This document shows, in pieces, positions 57,042 through 64,000 of a stretch of DNA of 64,000 nt. Made by a program: the position numbers and the translations under genes. The DNA is taken from NCBI GenBank assembly GCA_035275545.1, contig DATEMP010000272.1:4592-68591 (forward strand), given 5' to 3'. Position 1 is the first letter of the stretch. Each line of letters opens with the position of its first letter. Under the pieces are notes generated by a model. The model ran no database searches, was not told the origin of the DNA, and saw nothing but the letters and a program-made list of their open reading frames with translations. This stretch comes from Candidatus Eiseniibacteriota bacterium. GTDB taxonomy: Bacteria > Eisenbacteria > RBG-16-71-46.

Positions 57042-57173
57042 AGCCAGCGCGCCCGACGCGAGGAGTACGACGCATCGGCGAATGGTGGCGACCTCCGAGA
57101 CGGTGTGGGCGACGGTTGGGCAGACGCTTGGATGGGCCGCCGCGCCGGAACGTTGGAAGCGTCGCCCGCCGGC

Positions 57174-58766
57174 TTACCTCACGTGGACGATCTTCCGCGT
57201 CTCGGAGAGGGCTCCCGCCTGGAGCCGTGACCAGTAAACCCCTGTCGCGAGCGTGCTTCCGTTCAGTTCTCGTTCGTAGGTCCCCGGCGCGAGCACCTCG
57301 TTCACGAGCAATGCGATCTCATCGCCGCGAACATCGTACACGGCGAGCCGGACGTGATTCCGACCGGTTCCCGGCGGGATCGTGAAGCGAATCATCGTGG
57401 CGGGCGTGAAGGGATTCGGGTCGCTCCGGAGCGCGAAGACGCCACGCGGCGCGCTTCCGGGCTCCACGGAGGCGCTCACGCCCGCGTACTTGATCGTCAC
57501 GTAGTCGAGCCCGGTCCCGCTCCCGCCGCTCGAACCGGTCACATAGACAGCGCCGGACGAGTGGACGGCGATCGAATACGGAGTGTCATAGAAGTTCGCC
57601 GAGCCGTTGTAGCGCTCGGTCCAGCGCACCGTGCCTGATGGATCATAGGAAAGCGTTGCGAAGTCGTACTGGGTCGTGGCGTTGCCGTAGCTCGACCCGG
57701 TCACGTAGGCGTTACCCGACGCATCGACCGCAATCGCGGTGGCCCAATCGGCGCCGGCGGCCGGACCGTTGTACCGGCGCACCCAGAGCTCCGTGCCCGC
57801 GGCGTTGTACTTGACGGTAGCGAAGTCATCCGAGCTGTTGCCGGTGACGAACACGTTGCCGTTCCCGTCGACCGCGAGGGCCGCGGCACGATCGTAGTCG
57901 TTGGCGGGCACGGTCGACGGCCCGTCATAGCGGCGGACCCATTGTTCTGTTCCCGCGGCGTCGTACTTGATCGTCGCGTAATCGTGGTTGGTGCCGTTCC
58001 CGGTGCTCAGCCCGGTGACGTAGACATTGCCGGCCGAGTCCAAGGTCAACGCTGCCGGAGCATCAGAACCGAATCCGCCGTGGTAGGTCCGCACCCACTG
58101 CTGGACTCCGTCGAAGTCGTACTTGATCGTGGTGTAGCCGGAATTGGTCCGGCCCGTCACGTAGATGCCGGAAGCGTCGCAGGCAATCGCCGCGGGCACG
58201 TCCTCTCCATTTCCCGAATCAAATCGCCGCACCCAGACCTCGGCGCCACCCGGGCTGTACTTGATCGTGATGATATCGAGGCCGGTGAGGGTTTCGACGT
58301 TGTAGCCCGTCACGTAGACATTGCCATCGTGATCGACGGCGATGTCGACGCCGGCGTCGCCCTCGCCGATGGTTGTGAAAAACTGTTGCCAGAGCTTGTC
58401 GCCGGCGGCGTTGTATTTCGCGGTCATGAAATAGAATGCGCCGGCACTACTTCCAGTCACGTAAACATTGCCGGCATCGTCGGTCGTGATCGCGGCCGCG
58501 GCATCGTTCCCGCCTCCATCCAGCGGCCGGAGCCACTCCTGAACTCCTGCCGAGTTGTACTTGATCGTTGTCCAGTCGTCCGCGCCCGACGTGGCCGTGG
58601 TTCCGGTGACGTAGACGTGGCCGTCGGCACCCACGGTCATCGCATACGCAACGTCGCTGTAGGGGGTCGGGCTGGCGTATCGCGCCACCCATTCTTGTGT
58701 GACCTGCGCCTGAGCAGTCGAAATCACGGACCCGAGAATCAGGAGTGCCAGGAACGGAGTCTTCAT
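57174..58766 (-). CDS. SBBP beta-propeller-repeat secreted protein with C-terminal sorting domain
   Basis: Signal peptide MKTPFLALLILGSVISTAQA. Many repeats of the form DxxGNVYVTG....DYxTIKY. The C-terminus LAVYDVRGDEIALL...GVYWSRL fits the sorting-domain pattern. Confidence 0.7.
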   Translation of the reverse strand: MKTPFLALLILGSVISTAQAQVTQEWVARYASPTPYSDVAYAMTVGADGHVYVTGTTATSGADDWTTIKYNSAGVQEWLRPLDGGGNDAAAAITTDDAGNVYVTGSSAGAFYFMTAKYNAAGDKLWQQFFTTIGEGDAGVDIAVDHDGNVYVTGYNVETLTGLDIITIKYSPGGAEVWVRRFDSGNGEDVPAAIACDASGIYVTGRTNSGYTTIKYDFDGVQQWVRTYHGGFGSDAPAALTLDSAGNVYVTGLSTGNGTNHDYATIKYDAAGTEQWVRRYDGPSTVPANDYDRAAALAVDGNGNVFVTGNSSDDFATVKYNAAGTELWVRRYNGPAAGADWATAIAVDASGNAYVTGSSYGNATTQYDFATLSYDPSGTVRWTERYNGSANFYDTPYSIAVHSSGAVYVTGSSGGSGTGLDYVTIKYAGVSASVEPGSAPRGVFALRSDPNPFTPATMIRFTIPPGTGRNHVRLAVYDVRGDEIALLVNEVLAPGTYERELNGSTLATGVYWSRLQAGALSETRKIVHVR

Positions 58767-58799
58767 GACGGTACCTCGTGGAAGGTTCTCGGTCGGCTC

Positions 58800-58850
58800 G
58801 AGCTGCACGGACCCGCCTTCTTAGTCTCTCAGAGAGTCGGTTCATTACAA
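58800..58850 (-). promoter_or_regulatory. Conserved upstream leader/promoter element (copy A)
   Basis: Sense strand reads GTAATGAA-N14-GACTAAGAAGGCGGGTCCGTGCAGCTC, about 35 nt upstream of the start codon. Confidence 0.45.
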
Positions 58851-58865
58851 GGGGAGTCGAACCCC

Positions 58866-60377
58866 TCACGTGCCGGAACCGGTCGACCCCTCCAAAGGCG
58901 TGCGACGTTCGCTCTCCTCCACCCAACCCGTCGGTCTTTGGAATGCGTTGGGCGACAGCCGCTTCGGGCCGGCGGCCTCAGGTCCGATCCACTCGGTTTC
59001 CGCCTCGCGCCGGATGTGCTCCAGCACGCGGAGATGGATCGTCCCCACGAAGCCGTCCGCCCACAGCGACCAATAACTCCGCGGCTGGATGCGCAGCACG
59101 TACCACGTGCTGCCGGCGAGGCGCGTGCCCCCGTCCGGTAGCGCCGAGAGACGGAACTCGCCGCGGATCGCGCGGAAGCCGTCGGCCATGTGCGGCGCCA
59201 CGACGTGGCGCCATGGACTCAGCTCCCGCATCGGATCCGGTTGCTCAGTCACGTCGAACGTCAATCGTCGTGGCGCGTCCCAGGCGGTGATCGGCTCCAC
59301 GAACGCGCCGGTCGAGAACTCGCACCGCCTCAGCGCGCCGACGCCGTGGCCCCGGATCGTCGCCCGCTGTGGATAGGCGACGCCCAGGCGGAACAGCAGC
59401 TCGTGCGGCGGTGGCAGCTCGTCGAACGACACGACGTGCCGCCACACGACCTCGGGCGGCGCCGCCACGTCGACGCTCGACACGACTTCGTGAACCGGCG
59501 GCGGCAGCGCGGGCAAACGCGTCTCGAGCCCGGCGAGCAAGGGGATCGCGAGCACCGCCAACGTCGCGGGGGCGAGGTTCCCGCGGCGCTGGCGCGCGAG
59601 CTGGCGGCCGAACAGCCCGCCCATCGCCGCGATCGGAACCGCGAGCGGGAACCCCATGACCACGCACACCATGCCCTCGACCGCGAACAGGAGCAGCGCG
59701 CCCGCGACCAGCAGCAACCCCGTCGTCGCGACCAGCACCGTCTCGCGGACCGGGCGTGTCCGGTAGCGGTTGTGAACGAACCCGGAGACCACGCTCGCGA
59801 CGAACGGCGTGCCGAAGAACACCGAGAGGCCATAGCTCTTGAATACCACCGTGCAAAGGACCGCGAGTGTGAGCCCGATCGCCAGGCTCACCCCGAGGCC
59901 GAGCATCGCGCTGCGAAGGCGCCGATCGATCGCGGGCGTCGCGGGTCCGCTCGGGGCCGGCACGTCGGACGGCGCGATCGGCGGACGCGAGGGCATGAAG
60001 CACAGGATGATCATCACCACGTAGTTGAGGACCGGCACGAAGAACATCAGCCCGCTCCATGCGGAGCGGCCGGCATCCACGGCGCGGCGCACCGTCATGC
60101 TGGCGCCGATCCAGAGGAACGGCAACGTCCACAGGAACAGCGGGGTGCGAATCCATGGCGTCAGCTCCGTGCGTACGTCGCGCACCGTGCCCGTCGGATT
60201 GAGGTAGTCGATCGGCGACCAGAAGACGTTCGCGGCGAGACGCATCACGGTGGCATCGACGAGGTACTTCGCGACCATCAAGGTGAGGCCCCACACGAGG
60301 TAGTCGCGGCGCCCGACGGGCAGGCGTAGCGAGAACCACAGCCGCAGCGTGTCGCGGACTCGGCGCATGAGCGACAC
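58866..60377 (-). CDS. Membrane protein with C-terminal SRPBCC-like domain
   Basis: 503 aa: N-terminal multi-TM region, then a soluble domain EVVWRHVVSFDELPPPHEL...FRLSALPDGGTRLAGSTWY that resembles the START/polyketide-cyclase fold. Alternative frames here are RP-rich and look spurious. Confidence 0.5.
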   Translation of the reverse strand: MSLMRRVRDTLRLWFSLRLPVGRRDYLVWGLTLMVAKYLVDATVMRLAANVFWSPIDYLNPTGTVRDVRTELTPWIRTPLFLWTLPFLWIGASMTVRRAVDAGRSAWSGLMFFVPVLNYVVMIILCFMPSRPPIAPSDVPAPSGPATPAIDRRLRSAMLGLGVSLAIGLTLAVLCTVVFKSYGLSVFFGTPFVASVVSGFVHNRYRTRPVRETVLVATTGLLLVAGALLLFAVEGMVCVVMGFPLAVPIAAMGGLFGRQLARQRRGNLAPATLAVLAIPLLAGLETRLPALPPPVHEVVSSVDVAAPPEVVWRHVVSFDELPPPHELLFRLGVAYPQRATIRGHGVGALRRCEFSTGAFVEPITAWDAPRRLTFDVTEQPDPMRELSPWRHVVAPHMADGFRAIRGEFRLSALPDGGTRLAGSTWYVLRIQPRSYWSLWADGFVGTIHLRVLEHIRREAETEWIGPEAAGPKRLSPNAFQRPTGWVEESERRTPLEGSTGSGT

Positions 60378-60532
60378 CCTGCCACGCGCGAGGCGCCGCG
60401 ACTAGATTGGAGTTGTTGCCTTCTTCGCGGCGCACCATCCTGGCAAGGTGGGCATCGTTTCCGTCGAGCGGCCCCGAGGCGTAGATTCCAGCGATGCACC
60501 TCGGTTCCGGTGACAAGCCCGGCTCCTGCGAG

Positions 60533-61561
60533 ATGACCGCGCGGCCCACGCTAGATCAGCCGCTGTTGTGGCTGGCGCCGGTCCTGCTCCTGCTCGCGTC
60601 GCCCGCGTTCGCGCAGCCGGGTGCACTTCAGGATTCGACCCTCGACAACCTCGTCCACGCCACGAACTACGTGACCGCAGCGCCCGGCACGCTGGGAGCG
60701 GTCCTCGAGCGTGGCAAGGGTCCCATCGACATGGTGCTGGTTTCGGGATTCGGCGTCGGCGCCTCGGCGTTCGAGGGGTTCATGCGGCGCAACCAGGGTC
60801 GCTACCGCATGTTCGCGGTGACGCTGCCGGGGTTCGAGGGCTCGCCTGCGCCGCCCATGCCCGCGCCGGGCACGAGCTACGGCGACCAGACCTGGACGCG
60901 CGCGGCGATCGAGGCGGTCGTGAAGCTGATCCGCGAGAGGAAGCTCGCCCGGCCGGTGCTGGTGGGGCACTTCATCAACGGGACGCAGGTGACGATGCGC
61001 ATCGCCATCGATCACCCTGAGCTGGTGCGGGCGGTCGTGCTGCTCGCCGGCACGCCCCGTTTCGAGCCGGTAAAGCCGTCGCGGTTCTGGCCGAAGGACC
61101 TCACCCTCGAGCGGAAGGTGCAGGCCGTGGATCAATTCAGCGCGCCCCGCTGGTTCAAGACCGTCACGCGAGCGACCTGGGTGAAGGGAAACTTCGTCGC
61201 CACCGATTACTCGGCGGACTCCGCGCTCGGTGCGCGCTTCGCGGATCGCGCCAACGAGCCCCCGCTCCCGGTGCTGGTGCGGTACCTGTGCGAGTTCCAC
61301 GCTTCGGATCTATGGCCGGAGTTGGATCGCGTGCGCTCGCCGTTGCTCGTGATTCAGCCCTCGTTCACCACGGCGGTGCGGTCCGACACCACACGGAGCT
61401 ATCTCCAGGGGTACTTCGAGGAGCCCTGGAGGGGAAGGCTCGAAGGCCGGCCCCGCACGGAAACGACGTTTCTCGAGAACGCCGGCATCCTGGTGATGGA
61501 GGATCAGCCGGTGAAGGTCGATCGCGCGATCGCCGACTTCCTGAAGCGCATGGGCAAGTAG
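60533..61561 (+). CDS. Secreted alpha/beta-hydrolase-fold protein
   Basis: Signal peptide MTARPTLDQPLLWLAPVLLLLASPAFA, then VLVGHFINGTQVTMRIA (nucleophile-elbow-like, His in the Ser position) and the a/b-hydrolase topology. Confidence 0.55.
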   Translation: MTARPTLDQPLLWLAPVLLLLASPAFAQPGALQDSTLDNLVHATNYVTAAPGTLGAVLERGKGPIDMVLVSGFGVGASAFEGFMRRNQGRYRMFAVTLPGFEGSPAPPMPAPGTSYGDQTWTRAAIEAVVKLIRERKLARPVLVGHFINGTQVTMRIAIDHPELVRAVVLLAGTPRFEPVKPSRFWPKDLTLERKVQAVDQFSAPRWFKTVTRATWVKGNFVATDYSADSALGARFADRANEPPLPVLVRYLCEFHASDLWPELDRVRSPLLVIQPSFTTAVRSDTTRSYLQGYFEEPWRGRLEGRPRTETTFLENAGILVMEDQPVKVDRAIADFLKRMGK

Positions 61562-62379
61562 GCGGACGCGGCGATCAGGAGAAACGCCAGGACGCAGAAG
61601 TAGAGGATCGTCTCCCTGGGCTCCTGGAGCTGCAGCACGGCGGGGGTGGCTTCCTGCGCCTCCGGATGGAGCAGCGTGTAGAGGCGGGTCACCTTCCAGT
61701 AGCTGACCACGCAGCAGAGCGCTGGGATGAGCGCCGGGTGCGGCAGCCACAGCACGGAGCGCAGGCGCTGGATCCGGTGAAGCCCGGTCATCCAAAGGGC
61801 CGCGCTGGCGAACACGATCGAGGAAACCACCGCGTTCGTGAGGCTGCTCAATCTTCCGTCCGTGTTTCCGAGGTTGTGCAGGTTCATTTCCTGCTGGACG
61901 TTGTGTGCCTCGAACCACGCCGGCGTTGCCAGGTGCAGGAGGCGCTGTCCCCAGCTGATCTCTTCGCCGGCGGCCCAGAAGAGGGCGAGCGTCAACACCA
62001 GATAGCCGAGCGCCCAGACGCGCTGCCGGTCCTTCCAGAGCGACCAGGCCAGCCAGCCGGCGGTGAGCGAGCCGAGGCTCAGCAGCAGCACCTGCCCGTA
62101 CTCCATCCAACCGTCTTCGTCGGTGATGGTCAGGAAGAACTCGGGCCGATGAAACGCTGCCCAGATGCTCCACAGCCACCAGGCGACCGGCACGAGCGCG
62201 ACGGCCCATGCCGTTGCAAGGGGCAGGTTGCGCTGAGGGTCGGTGGGTCCCAGGCGGCCGCCGCTGACCGCGCGCCGGACCGGCCAGGCGGCCACCGCCA
62301 CCGCTGCCAGGACCATCAGGCCGGCGCCGTAATCCGGGAGCCCGTCCTTCAGCCACGTCAGGACGCGCGGATCGATCAC
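61504..62379 (-). CDS. Hypothetical integral membrane protein
   Basis: A GTG start forms a GTGA overlap with the stop of the esterase gene. Seven or eight TM helices. The 3' end overlaps the convergent hydrolase gene by ~58 nt. Confidence 0.35.
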   Translation of the reverse strand: MIDPRVLTWLKDGLPDYGAGLMVLAAVAVAAWPVRRAVSGGRLGPTDPQRNLPLATAWAVALVPVAWWLWSIWAAFHRPEFFLTITDEDGWMEYGQVLLLSLGSLTAGWLAWSLWKDRQRVWALGYLVLTLALFWAAGEEISWGQRLLHLATPAWFEAHNVQQEMNLHNLGNTDGRLSSLTNAVVSSIVFASAALWMTGLHRIQRLRSVLWLPHPALIPALCCVVSYWKVTRLYTLLHPEAQEATPAVLQLQEPRETILYFCVLAFLLIAASAYLPMRFRKSAIARSTFTG

Positions 62380-63659
62380 CTCTGCTTCCGACCCAGGACC
62401 GAGATCAGCCCGTCCGCGATCGAGCCGCGCCAATTCTCAGAGTTGTGCCCCCCGGCGAACTCGCGATAGTCCACGTCGTACCCTTTGAGCTGCAGGACGT
62501 CTCTCAGCTCGCGGTTCGTTCCGAGCAACGCCGCGCCCATGTCGTAGATGCCGATATCCATGTAGAACCGGATCGGCAGTCGTGGGCTCGCCTTGAAGGC
62601 TTCGATCAACAGCCCGGTCTCGCGCGGATACAATCGGTGTGTGAAATCGGCATCGACGGTCTGCCACGTCTTGCTGACCCAGTACGACCCGGACAGCGAG
62701 ACCACATTGCCGATCGTGCCGGGGTGCGTGAAGGCGCAGTAGCTGGAGCAAAAGCCGCCCAGGCTGGAGCCTGCGACCGCGACGTTCTTCGGCCCGGGAA
62801 GAATCGTGTACCGCGAACGCGCCCACGGCACCACCTCGGTGGCGATGAAGTCTGCGAACGGCTTGCTCCCGGGCAGGTCCCGATTGCGCTTGCCCATCGA
62901 CCAGACCATGACCGCGATGGTGGGGCCGAGCTTTCCGTCGGCGATCAGGTTGTCCAGGATGGTCGGCGTCGGGATTTCCACCTGTGCGGTGTCGGGATTG
63001 CCGCCGAAGATTCCACCGTCGAAGACCACCAGCAGGTTGCACGCGGTCTTCGCTTCGTAGGCGGCCGGCACGTAGATCGAGATCTTGCGCTCCTCGTTGA
63101 GCAGCGCGCTCTTGATGGTGGTCTGAACGACCTTCCCCTTCCGCACACCCGCGCGCGGCGTGATGTAGGGCTGTGCCGGAGCGTTAGGCATCTCGAGAAG
63201 CGCGTCGACGGTGTGAATCTCCTCGGTGGTCTCGACGCCGCCGGCGCCCGTCCTCCGTACTTGCGTGAGGTTGAACGCGTACACGAAGCGGGCATCGGTG
63301 GGCACCACCTGGGTCGCAAAGAACAGACGCGTCCTGCCCAGGCGGGTCATCGCGAGGCCCATGAAGTCCGGGCCCCCGACGAGCTCGGCGCTCCGGGTGC
63401 TGTCGGTGCCCAGGCACACGAAGGTGACCTGCATCTCCGACGGGTTCCCGGCAATGGAGTCGATGAGAGGGCCGTGCCGCCTGCGTTCGGTAGCGAACGC
63501 CTGCACGGCATTCGGATCGTCGAGCGACGCCTCCCACAAGTCATAGAGCGCTCGCGTCGGATAGACCTGCCTTGCGAGCTGCTTCTCCTCCGGAGACGGC
63601 ACTCCCGCGCTGCCCGTTGCGGCGACGACCATGAGGCAGACGAGAACCAGGACGCTCAT
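62376..63659 (-). CDS. Enterochelin-esterase-like esterase (paralogue of 35377..37083)
   Basis: Signal peptide. LLVVFDGGIFG plus GSSLGGFCSSYCAFTHPGTIGNVVSLSGSYW align with the same motifs in the first esterase. Confidence 0.7.
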   Translation of the reverse strand: MSVLVLVCLMVVAATGSAGVPSPEEKQLARQVYPTRALYDLWEASLDDPNAVQAFATERRRHGPLIDSIAGNPSEMQVTFVCLGTDSTRSAELVGGPDFMGLAMTRLGRTRLFFATQVVPTDARFVYAFNLTQVRRTGAGGVETTEEIHTVDALLEMPNAPAQPYITPRAGVRKGKVVQTTIKSALLNEERKISIYVPAAYEAKTACNLLVVFDGGIFGGNPDTAQVEIPTPTILDNLIADGKLGPTIAVMVWSMGKRNRDLPGSKPFADFIATEVVPWARSRYTILPGPKNVAVAGSSLGGFCSSYCAFTHPGTIGNVVSLSGSYWVSKTWQTVDADFTHRLYPRETGLLIEAFKASPRLPIRFYMDIGIYDMGAALLGTNRELRDVLQLKGYDVDYREFAGGHNSENWRGSIADGLISVLGRKQR

Positions 63660-64000
63660 GGGCCCGTGTAACCCGTGCCGACCTCGCGCTCCGGGCTCTC
63701 CGCCGCCGTGGAGAAACGCCAGGAGTCCGAGACGAAGTTGAAGGCTCCGACGAACTCTGCCCCGGCGGGCCGCGGCTGTGCACCGTGTGTCATCGCGATC
63801 GGCTGGGCGTCGACCGTGCCCGCCGCAACGTCGATCAGGTACTGACGATTCCCCTGGGTGGTGACTACATAGCGTTGGGGGCCGAGGCGATACAGGTTGA
63901 CCAGCGCATAGCCACCGGTGTCGGGCCAGAGGTCGACCCTGGGTTGGGGACCGGTGCCACCCTCGAGAACGAGGACGCGATCGAATTCGGCCAGCACCGG
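63656..64000 (-). CDS. Hypothetical protein (5' end beyond window)
   Basis: The ORF is coupled to the esterase gene by a 4-nt overlap and continues past 64000. Confidence 0.3.
   Translation of the reverse strand, partial: PVLAEFDRVLVLEGGTGPQPRVDLWPDTGGYALVNLYRLGPQRYVVTTQGNRQYLIDVAAGTVDAQPIAMTHGAQPRPAGAEFVGAFNFVSDSWRFSTAAESPEREVGTGYTGP

Overview
High-GC (roughly 65-70% GC) bacterial chromosomal segment. The many secreted proteins ending in a FlgD-Ig/Por-type C-terminal sorting domain suggest a Gemmatimonadota-like or related Gram-negative organism; that is an inference. Annotation was by eye from the ORF track and the sequence. Boundaries are accurate to about +/-3 nt where a start was chosen inside a listed ORF. 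Because of the high GC content, many long antisense 'shadow' ORFs were discarded.

Core genes: aspS (partial) and hisS; a small polysaccharide locus (VanZ-like, Wzx-like flippase, GT4 glycosyltransferase); a 5'-3' exonuclease; an AmpG-like MFS permease.

Main structure: a ~19 kb integrative island in tRNA-Lys(CTT), from about 12492 to 31557. It is bounded by a perfect 57-bp direct repeat that duplicates the tRNA 3' half, with a tyrosine integrase next to attL. Its cargo is:
- a Type III-like restriction-modification pair in res-then-mod order (a 995-aa helicase-nuclease and a 902-aa beta-class N6A/N4C methyltransferase with a long C-terminal extension);
- a co-oriented five-gene cluster built around a SIR2-like protein, plus a small PD-(D/E)xK-like protein. 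This is a candidate uncharacterised defence module and the best candidate in this window for a previously undescribed system;
- a minus-strand block with a degenerate RecA/AAA_25-like (RepA-like) ATPase, a CspA-like cold-shock protein, a Zn-ribbon protein and an HTH protein;
- a pair of ~60-bp direct repeats just inside attR.

Downstream, 31.5-51.2 kb is a second accessory stretch of AraC regulators, DinB-like, SRPBCC, ArsR, esterase and dehydrogenase genes. It ends at a degenerate third copy of the att/tRNA 3' half, which suggests an older, decayed tandem island. It contains a mosaic segmental duplication at 46951-47437.

The rest of the window encodes at least six secreted proteins with C-terminal sorting domains (BNR-like, FG-GAP, SBBP beta-propeller, repeat proteins), two of which share a conserved ~55-bp upstream leader/promoter element; a class-C beta-lactamase-family hydrolase with an apparent non-canonical start; and enterochelin-esterase-like paralogues. 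No rRNA or CRISPR array was seen.
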